Below, in pieces: positions 8,849 to 17,951 of a stretch of 46,252 bases of DNA. The stretch lies in contig JAEENW010000084.1 in NCBI GenBank assembly GCA_016283945.1, forward strand, positions 1 through 46,252, in the 5' to 3' direction. Position numbers and translations under genes: made by a program. A model generated the notes under the pieces. The model made no database searches. It was not told the origin of the DNA and worked only from the letters and a program-made list of their open reading frames with translations. The stretch comes from Bacillota bacterium (lineage in GTDB: Bacteria; Bacillota; Clostridia; Peptostreptococcales; Anaerovoracaceae). Position 1 is the stretch's first letter, and each line of letters starts with the position of its first letter.

Positions 8849-9474
8849 GTTATATCGAGAACATATACGTCTGCCTGGCGGCTCCCATCCTCCTTGCTAT
8901 AATGCTGCTGCGAAGAGAGGCGAGGGGATCTCTGGCCTTCACGCTGATGGGGATGACCTCATGCCTGCTCTCCGCGTACGTGAGCTCCTTCGCCGCGGGA
9001 GCGGCAGGGCTGGGGCTCGCGGAGGCGTCCCTCGAGATCGCCCCGGTGGTCGAGGAAGTCATGAAGTCGCTTCCCATACTCTTTTACCTGCTCGTGTTCG
9101 CTCCGCGAAAGGGCGACGCGATAAGGGGGACCATCATGGTCTCGGTGGGCTTCGCCACCTTCGAGAACGTCTGCTTCCTCACCAGCTACGGCACTGAGGA
9201 CCTCCTGAGGCTCCTGATAAGGGGCTTCGGCACGGGGGCCATGCACGTCACCTGCGGAATGGTCGTGGCCATAGGCCTGTTCTTCCTCTGGGACAGAGCC
9301 TGGCTCAGGGTGGTCGGCGGATTCGCTCTGCTCTGCTTCGTCATAAGGTTCCACAGCATCTACAATCTGCTCGTGAACGGCTCAGGACCCGTGTTCTGGA
9401 TAGGCAGCGCCATACCGCTCACGTTCATACTGGTCTACATGATCGCGTTCCGGAGCAGCGTCAGGATATCCTGA
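8845..9474 (+). CDS. PrsW-family glutamic-type intramembrane protease
   Basis: Real start is ATG 8845 (MSYIENIY...), which overlaps the preceding stop as ATGA; the upstream part of the 8524 ORF-track entry runs through the previous gene in another frame. Carries the PrsW motif set APVVEEVMK (EExxK), GFATFEN (FxxxE), GAMHVTCG and FHSIYNLL (HxxxN) in a roughly 7-TM protein. Confidence 0.75.
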   Translation: MSYIENIYVCLAAPILLAIMLLRREARGSLAFTLMGMTSCLLSAYVSSFAAGAAGLGLAEASLEIAPVVEEVMKSLPILFYLLVFAPRKGDAIRGTIMVSVGFATFENVCFLTSYGTEDLLRLLIRGFGTGAMHVTCGMVVAIGLFFLWDRAWLRVVGGFALLCFVIRFHSIYNLLVNGSGPVFWIGSAIPLTFILVYMIAFRSSVRIS

Positions 9475-9497
9475 CAGCTCCCGGACCGATCGAGTTC

Positions 9498-9526
9498 AAA
9501 GCGCCCCGAAGGGGGCGCTTTTTTTA
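9498..9526 (+). terminator. rho-independent terminator ending the sigma/PrsW operon
   Basis: AAAGCGCCCC-GAAG-GGGGCGCTTT stem-loop followed by a T7 run. Confidence 0.85.
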
Positions 9527-9531
9527 TGCGT

Positions 9532-9591
9532 GAAAGGGGAGCCCGCTATTCCGCCGCGCGGGAAAGGGGAGCCCGCTCTTTCGCCGCCCGG
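9532..9591 (+). repeat. two tandem 30-bp direct repeats (27/30 identical), with a degenerate third unit to about 9621
   Basis: Unit 1 is GAAAGGGGAGCCCGCTATTCCGCCGCGCGG and unit 2 is GAAAGGGGAGCCCGCTCTTTCGCCGCCCGG. They sit between the terminator and the giant-gene operon. Confidence 0.9.
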
Positions 9592-9726
9592 AAAAAGGAG
9601 CGGGCGCTCCGCGGCGCAGAGGAGCGCGGCAAGAATTCAAAAAAGTATAAAAACCGCTTCGGGTATTTCCCGCCTGCAGGACACTTATGTGTTGAAAGAC
9701 TGTTTAGAAAGGAGCATACCGCCGTG

Positions 9727-10065
9727 ATGACAAAGGAAGAAAAGATCTCGGCTCTGCACCGGCGCATGAAGACGCGCGTCAAACGGCGCGAAAGGGCAAA
9801 GACAGCCGCTCTGGGCGCGTCCTGCGCCTGCATGACGCTGTGCCTCGCGGTCATGGTCTTCGGATGTGACCCCGCTCATACCGGCGGTCCTGCGGGGATG
9901 TTCAGCGGGGCGACGATGCTCTTCGAGCACGCGGGAGTATACGTACTGACCGCCATCTGCGCCTTCTTCGCAGGCACAGCGGTCACCCTGATCTGCATTC
10001 GAAATCAAAGAAAGCGTCCGGGAAACAGAGGCGCTGAAGTATCTAACAGGGAGGAAAAGCCATGA
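9727..10065 (+). CDS. small two-TM membrane protein, paralogue of the 7882-8244 product
   Basis: AAGGAG lies 11 nt upstream of ATG 9727; the 9526 start in the ORF track runs through the repeat region. Product MTKEEKISALHRRMKTRVKRRERAK..., with TM2 AFFAGTAVTLICIR versus AFCLGSAVTILCYR in the paralogue. Its stop overlaps the ATG of the 2625-aa gene (ATGA). Confidence 0.7.
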   Translation: MTKEEKISALHRRMKTRVKRRERAKTAALGASCACMTLCLAVMVFGCDPAHTGGPAGMFSGATMLFEHAGVYVLTAICAFFAGTAVTLICIRNQRKRPGNRGAEVSNREEKP

Positions 10066-13000
10066 AACTCAAGCGATTGCTGTCGGTCGTTCTGACGGTC
10101 TGCCTGATCATCTGCGCGGTCCCGATGAGCGCGATGCCCGTCTTCGCTGACGACGGTCCGGGAGGCTACGACGAAGATCCCGACCGGCCGCCCGAAACGA
10201 CGAACTATCCCGATCCCGAGTACTCGCTCTTCTGCAGGCCTGAGCTCGCGCTGTTCAACGCTCGGACCAGTGCCAAGGAGGACTATTTCCAGTCCGTCAT
10301 GAGGAGCAGCCACTACAACGCGGTAGCGGCGGGGTACTTCAAGGAGAGGGATTCGGGCAGCGTCCTCAAGTACGACACCGTGCTCAAGGGCTACGACGTC
10401 TATCTCTGGGATGACTTCCGCGACACCGAACTGGCCAGGCTCAGCGACAGCTACGGGCAGCTCAAGGTGGGGCTCGCGGCCACCCTGGACTGCTACGATC
10501 ACAAGCATACCTCCGGCACCCACAAATACGACGTGATCGGCTACAACAAGCTCGAGCTCACGCCTCTCACCGGCGCCATGGGATACGGCTCTATAATCTC
10601 GGCCAGCGGCTATTCCAAGACCGAGACGAGCGTCCGCAGGGGCAGCGCCGAGTTCAGCGACCTTCCCGGCGGAATGTACAGCGTGCCCGGAGACAGCGAC
10701 GCGCCCGGCCACTATCTGGGGCTCGAGTGCTACAGGGAAGCTATCTCCTGGCCGGGCGGGATCTGCGACTGCGGAGGCAAGGCCAAGGAATTCGCCGTCA
10801 CCTTCTGCGACGACAGCGCTCCCAGCCTCGCAGAGGTCAGCATCCTCAACGAGGCCGGCGATCCCTGCACCGATTTCGGAAAGGGCGATAAGATCGTCAT
10901 AAAGCTCAGATACGACGAGCCCGTGCGCTTCGCCGACGACAGGGCCGCGGGCAAGGGCAAGCTCTGCATAGGCCTCATGGTCGAGAACAAGGGGCAGGGG
11001 GACTGGCTTTACGCCCACCTCACGAGCCTCGAGAACGATACACTGACCTTCGAGTACATAGTCGATCCGCGCGACACGAAGCTCTATACCGTAATAGGGC
11101 TCGACTTCGCTTCCGCCGCCGATGACGGCTCCGCTCTCGTCCACAGCAGCGCGGACATAGCGCTCAGGACTATCGAGGAGGACGGATACGTCACCGTGAC
11201 CAAGCCGGGATCCGTCGAGAGCCCGGAGGGCTTCACCAAAGCGAGGAGCTACATCACAGACCTCGCGGGCAACCCCATCAGTAACGAGCAGCCCGTGAAG
11301 CGCTTCTACATCGACTGCGAATCTCCATACGCGGCTAAGGTCAGCTTCGACGCCGAGCTCAACAACGGCGACATCAAGGCGCTGCGCGGGGTTACGGAGC
11401 TCGATCCCAAGGATCCCAAATACGGAGATCCCAGCGACCTGTACCTCGGAGCAGGAGACCTGCTCGGCTTCAATCTCTATTTCAACGAGCAGGTCTTCTG
11501 GGAAGAGTGCGAGGGCTATTTCATCGACAACGCGTACGTGGTGACAAACCTCAGGTACGACAACGGCACATACCTCGAGCTCGATATCGCCGATTTCAGA
11601 TTCCTCGTGCAGGCGAGCAGCCTCGGAAAACAGTTCGGCAGGGGAAGGTCCAACGGCCTCGTGAGCAGGCTCTCGACCTCAAGGCTCCCGCTCCCCGCGG
11701 ACAGCAAGACCCACCTGACGGTAGACGACCCCAGCGGAAAGGACGAGATCAAGATCACCTCTGTCCATCTTGAGGGCAGCGGCATCGCCGACAGCTCGGG
11801 CAACCTGGCCTCGAGCGCCTTCAGCCCGGCTCAGGAGAGCTACAAGCTCGATACCTCCGCGCCGGTCTTCAGACTTGGAGACGCGGTGCAGACCGGAGGA
11901 GCCAACAGCACGTTCACCATACCCTTTATCATCACAGACAACGAGGGCGGTTCGGGAGTCGAGGAGCTTCCCGCGAGCCTCAAGCTCAGCGATCCCAACG
12001 GAAGCTCGGGGCGCATACAGTACGCCGTGAGCGCGTTCGCGGCGCCTCCGGCAAAGGCCTCCGACTGGCACGACGGGATCATGGGAAGCGATATCTCATT
12101 CGTCCAGACCTCCGACTGGCAGTATCTGCACGTTAAGCCGGATCCCGAGGCCCACTTCGACCTCGGCCCGGATCAGGAGCTCGGCATCAGCTTCAAGCTT
12201 CAGGATTACGCTGGAAACAGGGCTGACACCGCAGCGATCGGCGTTGAGGGAGTAGCCCTGGACAGCGCGCCTCCTACCGTCACCTCGGGTGACGTGAGCC
12301 GCAGCTACGACAACAGCGCGGACAGGGGCACCATAAGCGTGGTCCTCAAGGCCGCCGACGCGAGCGGCATCGATTCCATCAAATACCAGTGGCTCGAGCC
12401 GGGCTCCTCCGGGAGCGATATCGACGAGGACGCCTGGATCCAGGCCGTCAGGCAGGGCGGAAAATGGACCGCTTCCGGCACCGTCGATACGGGCGAGGTC
12501 TTCAGACAGGATCTGTGGGTCTACGCCGAGGACGGCGCGGGCAACGCGGGAGTAACCGGGCTCGGCTGCTTCAGCTACAGCCTCGAGAGCACCGATTACG
12601 CGCTCGACTGGTCGCCGGCCATCATGACGGCGGTCAAGGCAGGCGTGAGCTCGCTCGAAAACGGCGGAGCGCTGCTCTTCGACGTCAGGCTGAGCGGGGA
12701 CGGCGCCCATTACATCCACTTCGCGGACAGCGAGGAGTCCGACGTATTCGCCGGAAGCTGGCAGAGCGCGGAGTTCAGCGACGAGGACGGCTATACCTTC
12801 ACAGAGCTCGAAGACGCGGATGATTTCCTCGAAGACTATACGGGCAATGTGAACGTCACCGTATACTCCGGAAGCGCCGACATGTTCGAGGAGCTCGGCG
12901 AAGACGGTGAAGACGGCTTGACAGTCGCGGACAGCGCCGTGACGGAGGAGTTCACGCTGAGGCAGTCCCCGGCGGGAAACACCGCTGAAGACGTCTTCTC

Positions 13001-16000
13001 CGCGGACATCGAAGACATCTTCACCCCGGCAAGCGCCGCGGAGCTCGCGAGGCTGACTAACAAGGTCACGGAGCTCCCCTGGACCGTGGACAGCGAAGAG
13101 AGAAATCCAGCGAACACCGAAGGGCTAAGGGTTACCATAGACCTCGGCAGCGACAGGAACGGCTGGAACTACGAGGACATCGACTGGAAGAACTCGTTTA
13201 TCTCCGTCTACTCCGACAGCGATCCCTACGCTGCGGTCTCCCAATACGACTTGATCACGGACAGAGATTATTGCATGCTCTGCGCCACCGGCAGCGGACC
13301 GGTCCAGACCCTGACCCTGCCGGAAATTGATCTGGAGGGGGAAGGCGTCGATTACGCCAATCTGTTCCTTATACTGGCGAGACACAGCGCGCCAGACGCG
13401 CCCTACGCGATCGAGCTGTACGCGGGAGGCGAGGAGTTCGTCTTCGACGGTACCGAGCCGGGAAAGCTCGAGCTTCAGCATCTCGGCAGACAGTACGAAG
13501 ATGAAGAGGGACGCTACTACGATCTAGCCTTCGACCCCTCATCGACCATCTATATACCGACGGAAAGCACTCCGGTCGCGCTCTCCGTGGAAGCCCTCAG
13601 ACGCTGCACTTCCTACAATGGCGATGAACCGTATACCGAATACAAGTCCTTCGACTTATATGACAAGGACGTCGCCGGAGTCATAGGCGCGGTCGACATC
13701 GTCGCCTGGAACGCTGACGATCCCGACGAGAAGATCAGCCTCGCCTGCTCCTGGTTCGATTACAGCAACAACAACGGTCCCGGAGAGGACGACCCGAGAT
13801 ATATCTACATGTACGAGGACGGCAGCGAGGCCCTCAGGAGCGGAAAGCGCCTGCTCCGCTTCGGAGACGCGACCGACGCGTCCACGGGAACCATAGGCGT
13901 AGAGGCGGGGAAGGACAATACAGTAGCCCTGCAGATAGTCTGCGCCAACGGCAGCAGCTCCGAGATCTGCTACATCACCGTCCATCCGGTGAAGATCGGG
14001 CTGGAAGGGGAGGTCTCGATAGAGACACCCTACGATCTGGATCTCAAGGGAAACGCGAGCGTCGCGACCGTGGGGCCGGACGAAGCGTACATCGTGTTCA
14101 GTCCGGACAGCGGATATAACGCCGAGGGACTCGAGCTCTTCGCCGCCTGGGGATATCTCCGCACTGACGGCAGCTACGGGTTTGATTCGGGGATCCCCAT
14201 GACCATGCAGGGCGACGGCAGCTGGAGGGCGAAGGTCCCGAACGCGGATTTCTGGTCATGTCTGGACCATCCTGATGACTATATGACCTGCGGGATAATA
14301 AATCCCATGTACGACTCGGAGATTGGCCTTACCGGCTACTCGATCCCGATGGATTTCGAAGATGGCTACATCGATCTGACACATCACGGGAACCTGAGCG
14401 ATCCGCCTCCTTACTACGTCGTTTACGCTGCCGATCAGTACGGGAATAAGCATGCGATGGGCATCACCGACTGGGCTGTCGTTGCCGACAGGAGCGCGCC
14501 CCTGTTCACGAGCGATAACATGCGGCCGCTGGGCAGCATAGACACCGCTTCGGACGGCACGTACACCGCGGCCTTCGAGCTGGTCGACGACAGCTTCTAC
14601 TCCTGGGATTCCTACAGCGGAGAGATCATTTCAAGGCCTGTCACCCTCGAGTTCTTCTTCGACTCTAAATACGCCGAGGCAGCCGGGAAGCCGGCAGCGA
14701 GGCTGACCCTGAGCGGGATAGAGGACGGTTTCGTCTGGAAGGACGGAGACGGAAACGGCACGGGCATATACGAGGTGACCGCTGAGATGGTCCGCGAGGG
14801 CACGTTCAACAGCCACAATTACTACGGAGAAATAGCCACATACGCAGGCGGAGCGAAGTTCGCGCGCATGATCGTCACCGTTAAGGGCGCGGTAAGCCCC
14901 GAAGTGACGGCGCCCATGCCCATGACCCTGTTCGCGAAGGCGACGGACGCTCACGGCAATACCAACGGATGGACAATGCCGGACGCGGACTTCCAGTATT
15001 TTGACGATATCATGGACGAGGGAGACTACGCCAGATTTGACAATCCCGGCGTGGTACACGCGAGAAGCGTCTCCGGCGTCAAGCCGAAGGTGACCGGCAC
15101 CGTCTACAAGAGGACCGGTGAAGGTGACGACATGGCACTTTACGTCAACTTCAGTGCTCCCGTGCGTCCGCTCGAGAGCTGGATACGCTCGAGCGACGGA
15201 GAGCCGGAGGGCTACAGCACCGAGTGGCACGACGCCTTCCCGATCTGTAAGGACGGCAGCTGGAACATAAGCTACAGCGACCCCTTCGGCAATACCTACA
15301 CGGAGGAGCTGGCACTCGACGGCGTGTTCGGCGAGTACGGCTACGATCTTTCCTTCTCGACCCTCGACTGGGTCTCCAAGGAGACCGGAGTCACCGTTAC
15401 GGCGGTCGAGGACGACGACAGCGAGAGCCTGAGCGGAAGGGCGCAGTACAGCGAGGGCGGCGCCTTCGAGGATATGCCCGAGGCCACGGCGACCTTCACG
15501 CAGAACGTCCACGAGTATCAGATCGTGCGCAGCGCGAACGGCAAGAATGACATACTGCGCGTACACATAGGAAACATAGTCGACGGAGCTCCGGAGGAGA
15601 CCCTGTACTTCCGCATGGACGAGTTCAGCAGGACCTACAAAGAGGGTACGCAGCCCCGGGGCGAGACCTTCGGAAACGTCACCGTCTCGTACAGGACCGA
15701 CCGCGAGACCAGCCCCGTGGGCGCCACCGAGAAGACCTTCAGGGAGGGCGACGACGACAGCTTCAGCTTCAGATACTATGACGCCGCCACCGATAAGCAA
15801 TACACCATCAACGGAAGCCTCGGAAAGTACGGTATCAGCATTGGCCACTTCGTTCCCTACGAGGACGAGGAGGCCCCCTCGATAGACCTGGTCAGCGTCT
15901 GGAAGCAGAGGGCTGACGGCTTCATACAGGCGGACGCCTTCCCCGGCAGCGCGGACGACGATGCGGTAAAGGCCTCAATTGCCGCCTGCGGCACCGCCCA

Positions 16001-17939
16001 GAGCTACGACTTCGTGGTGAATGCGAGCGACTACTCCAGATGGAAGGTCATCGTCAAGAGCTCTCTGCCGGGCAGCGTGAGCTTCGAAAACACCGGGAAC
16101 GACGACATCGACGGAGTCGCGGTCAGCGGCAACAACGTCCTCGTTACGAATAAGGCCGCGGGCGACTTCTACATCGTGGTCGTCGACAGCGCCTCGGTAG
16201 ACACCGCGGCGGCGGCCGACAACTTCAGCGCGGTGAAGATCCCCTACGGGGCCTACCGCTTCGACAACGAGGCGCCGGAGATCGATACCGTGACCGCTTC
16301 CCTTGATCTCTACACCAAGGTCGTCTACATCGGCGTCAGCGACACCGACGACGCCGGCCACCAGACCGAAGGAGTCACCGTGACCGGAAAGGGCGTCATA
16401 CCGAACAGCGACGCGGGCTACGAGGCATATCCGTACAAGATGGTCTTCTTCGACAACGAGGAGGTCAGCGTGACGGCGACCGACGCGGCCGGCAACATAA
16501 AGGTCAAGAACATCGTCGTCACGGGCATAGATGTCGAGGCGCCCGAACTCACGGTGACCTGGTCGCCGTGCTTCACGGACGGAAACGGCCCGGATCAGTA
16601 CAGCCCGGCTGCGGGCCCGGTCAGGACCAACGTGACCGCTCACATCAGCAGCAGCAAGGATATCCTCAGGGTCAGGGCTAACGACGGCGACGAGCTCGTC
16701 TTCACGGACGGCAGGGCCGAGACGGCCTGGGGTTCGGTGGAATACACCTCGCAGATGGTGACCGTGCGCTTTACGACGGGCGCCGAGGTCTCCCTCGACG
16801 TCACCGTCACCGCCCCCAACAAAAAGAGCAATACCGCCACCGTCAGGCTCGCCGGCGGAGTCATAGACAAGGAGGCTCCGGCCGTGAGCGAGAGCGTGAC
16901 GCCGATGAAGCGCAGCGGGGCTGAGGCTCCGTACGCCGAGAGGCACAGGCTCAGCTTCAGCGAGGAGGTCTTCTGCATGGGCGAAGGCCCCGCGGGCAGG
17001 ATCTACAGCGCCGCGGAGCCCCTCGAGCTCGTGCTCTACAGGACCGACGAGGTCAGAGAGCTCGTGTTCAACGACAGGGCGGGCAACATCACCGTCTACA
17101 CGGTGAAGCCCTCCGCCGGCACAGTGCTGGACAACAGGGCTCCCGAGCTGGAGCTCGAGCTCGACGACGAGGCCAGCGCGACCAGCTCCGACGTCCGCGT
17201 GACTGTTATCTCCGACGAGTACGTCAGGCTCAGCTCCTCCGACAGCTCGGTCTCCTGCGGGACCGTGAGCGAGAGCGGGGACGGAAGCTGGAGCGGTACA
17301 GTCAGCGCCTCCGAGAACGGCACCTTCAGGATCAACGCGGCGGACAGGGCCGGAAACACGGCCTCCGCGGTGTTCACGGTCAACAACATAGACAAGACCC
17401 TGCCCCTGATGAGCTTTGACAAGTCGACCTACGGAGTGCTGCAGGACAGCGATTCGGCGTCTCTCAGGAACCTCCTGGACAGCGGAGTCACCGTCTGGGA
17501 CAACGTCGGAGTAAGGGAAGGATCCCTCAGCTACGACATGTCCGCGGTGGAGCTCGGCAAGCCCGGAGTCTACGAGGTCGTCTACAGCGTCGAGGACCTC
17601 GCGGGCAACACCGGCGAGAAGATCCGCTTCGTCAAGGTCATAGACAAGAACCTGCCCATGCTCACCGTGGACGGAGAGGTGACAGAGGAGGGCGGAACAT
17701 TCTCCCTCAGAGCCGGCACCCACATCCTCGGAGTCAGCGGTCTCAAGGACGGCAGCGAGCCCTACACCGTTCAGGTGGTAAAGGGCAAATACGCCAGAGG
17801 GCAGATGAAGTCGTTCCACGACAGCATCGAGATCGCGTCGGACGGCAGCATCGAGCTGACCCGCGGCGGCTTCTACACCGTACTGGTTACGACCCAGTCC
17901 AGGCAGACATATCGCACGCTTCTCTATGTCGAGCAGTAA
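10062..17939 (+). CDS. giant secreted protein (2625 aa), multi-module Ig-like architecture, no recognisable wall anchor
   Basis: Sec signal MKLKRLLSVVLTVCLIICAVPMSAMPVFA/DD. At least 9 D-x-x-A-P-x-(I/L/V) module boundaries (DTSAPVF, DSAPPTV, DRSAPLF, EEEAPSI, DNEAPEI, DVEAPEL, DKEAPAV, DNRAPEL and others). Acidic composition. GC3-biased codons throughout. No LPXTG, SLH or TM segment at the C-terminus. Confidence 0.85.
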   Translation: MKLKRLLSVVLTVCLIICAVPMSAMPVFADDGPGGYDEDPDRPPETTNYPDPEYSLFCRPELALFNARTSAKEDYFQSVMRSSHYNAVAAGYFKERDSGSVLKYDTVLKGYDVYLWDDFRDTELARLSDSYGQLKVGLAATLDCYDHKHTSGTHKYDVIGYNKLELTPLTGAMGYGSIISASGYSKTETSVRRGSAEFSDLPGGMYSVPGDSDAPGHYLGLECYREAISWPGGICDCGGKAKEFAVTFCDDSAPSLAEVSILNEAGDPCTDFGKGDKIVIKLRYDEPVRFADDRAAGKGKLCIGLMVENKGQGDWLYAHLTSLENDTLTFEYIVDPRDTKLYTVIGLDFASAADDGSALVHSSADIALRTIEEDGYVTVTKPGSVESPEGFTKARSYITDLAGNPISNEQPVKRFYIDCESPYAAKVSFDAELNNGDIKALRGVTELDPKDPKYGDPSDLYLGAGDLLGFNLYFNEQVFWEECEGYFIDNAYVVTNLRYDNGTYLELDIADFRFLVQASSLGKQFGRGRSNGLVSRLSTSRLPLPADSKTHLTVDDPSGKDEIKITSVHLEGSGIADSSGNLASSAFSPAQESYKLDTSAPVFRLGDAVQTGGANSTFTIPFIITDNEGGSGVEELPASLKLSDPNGSSGRIQYAVSAFAAPPAKASDWHDGIMGSDISFVQTSDWQYLHVKPDPEAHFDLGPDQELGISFKLQDYAGNRADTAAIGVEGVALDSAPPTVTSGDVSRSYDNSADRGTISVVLKAADASGIDSIKYQWLEPGSSGSDIDEDAWIQAVRQGGKWTASGTVDTGEVFRQDLWVYAEDGAGNAGVTGLGCFSYSLESTDYALDWSPAIMTAVKAGVSSLENGGALLFDVRLSGDGAHYIHFADSEESDVFAGSWQSAEFSDEDGYTFTELEDADDFLEDYTGNVNVTVYSGSADMFEELGEDGEDGLTVADSAVTEEFTLRQSPAGNTAEDVFSADIEDIFTPASAAELARLTNKVTELPWTVDSEERNPANTEGLRVTIDLGSDRNGWNYEDIDWKNSFISVYSDSDPYAAVSQYDLITDRDYCMLCATGSGPVQTLTLPEIDLEGEGVDYANLFLILARHSAPDAPYAIELYAGGEEFVFDGTEPGKLELQHLGRQYEDEEGRYYDLAFDPSSTIYIPTESTPVALSVEALRRCTSYNGDEPYTEYKSFDLYDKDVAGVIGAVDIVAWNADDPDEKISLACSWFDYSNNNGPGEDDPRYIYMYEDGSEALRSGKRLLRFGDATDASTGTIGVEAGKDNTVALQIVCANGSSSEICYITVHPVKIGLEGEVSIETPYDLDLKGNASVATVGPDEAYIVFSPDSGYNAEGLELFAAWGYLRTDGSYGFDSGIPMTMQGDGSWRAKVPNADFWSCLDHPDDYMTCGIINPMYDSEIGLTGYSIPMDFEDGYIDLTHHGNLSDPPPYYVVYAADQYGNKHAMGITDWAVVADRSAPLFTSDNMRPLGSIDTASDGTYTAAFELVDDSFYSWDSYSGEIISRPVTLEFFFDSKYAEAAGKPAARLTLSGIEDGFVWKDGDGNGTGIYEVTAEMVREGTFNSHNYYGEIATYAGGAKFARMIVTVKGAVSPEVTAPMPMTLFAKATDAHGNTNGWTMPDADFQYFDDIMDEGDYARFDNPGVVHARSVSGVKPKVTGTVYKRTGEGDDMALYVNFSAPVRPLESWIRSSDGEPEGYSTEWHDAFPICKDGSWNISYSDPFGNTYTEELALDGVFGEYGYDLSFSTLDWVSKETGVTVTAVEDDDSESLSGRAQYSEGGAFEDMPEATATFTQNVHEYQIVRSANGKNDILRVHIGNIVDGAPEETLYFRMDEFSRTYKEGTQPRGETFGNVTVSYRTDRETSPVGATEKTFREGDDDSFSFRYYDAATDKQYTINGSLGKYGISIGHFVPYEDEEAPSIDLVSVWKQRADGFIQADAFPGSADDDAVKASIAACGTAQSYDFVVNASDYSRWKVIVKSSLPGSVSFENTGNDDIDGVAVSGNNVLVTNKAAGDFYIVVVDSASVDTAAAADNFSAVKIPYGAYRFDNEAPEIDTVTASLDLYTKVVYIGVSDTDDAGHQTEGVTVTGKGVIPNSDAGYEAYPYKMVFFDNEEVSVTATDAAGNIKVKNIVVTGIDVEAPELTVTWSPCFTDGNGPDQYSPAAGPVRTNVTAHISSSKDILRVRANDGDELVFTDGRAETAWGSVEYTSQMVTVRFTTGAEVSLDVTVTAPNKKSNTATVRLAGGVIDKEAPAVSESVTPMKRSGAEAPYAERHRLSFSEEVFCMGEGPAGRIYSAAEPLELVLYRTDEVRELVFNDRAGNITVYTVKPSAGTVLDNRAPELELELDDEASATSSDVRVTVISDEYVRLSSSDSSVSCGTVSESGDGSWSGTVSASENGTFRINAADRAGNTASAVFTVNNIDKTLPLMSFDKSTYGVLQDSDSASLRNLLDSGVTVWDNVGVREGSLSYDMSAVELGKPGVYEVVYSVEDLAGNTGEKIRFVKVIDKNLPMLTVDGEVTEEGGTFSLRAGTHILGVSGLKDGSEPYTVQVVKGKYARGQMKSFHDSIEIASDGSIELTRGGFYTVLVTTQSRQTYRTLLYVEQ
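17391..17646 (+). other. DUF5011/HYR-like Ig domain near the C-terminus of the 2625-aa protein
   Basis: DKTLPLMSFDKSTYGVLQDSD...VWDNVGVREGSLSYDMSAVELGKPGVYEVVYSVEDLAGNTGEKIRFVKVID matches the D..G......V....G.Y.V.Y...D..GN pattern of that family. Confidence 0.55.
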
Positions 17940-17951
17940 GGAGGCAAGCAA

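Noticed and set aside
9532-9621. CRISPR array
   Set aside because: There are only two good 30-bp units, directly abutting with no spacers, and no cas genes in the window.
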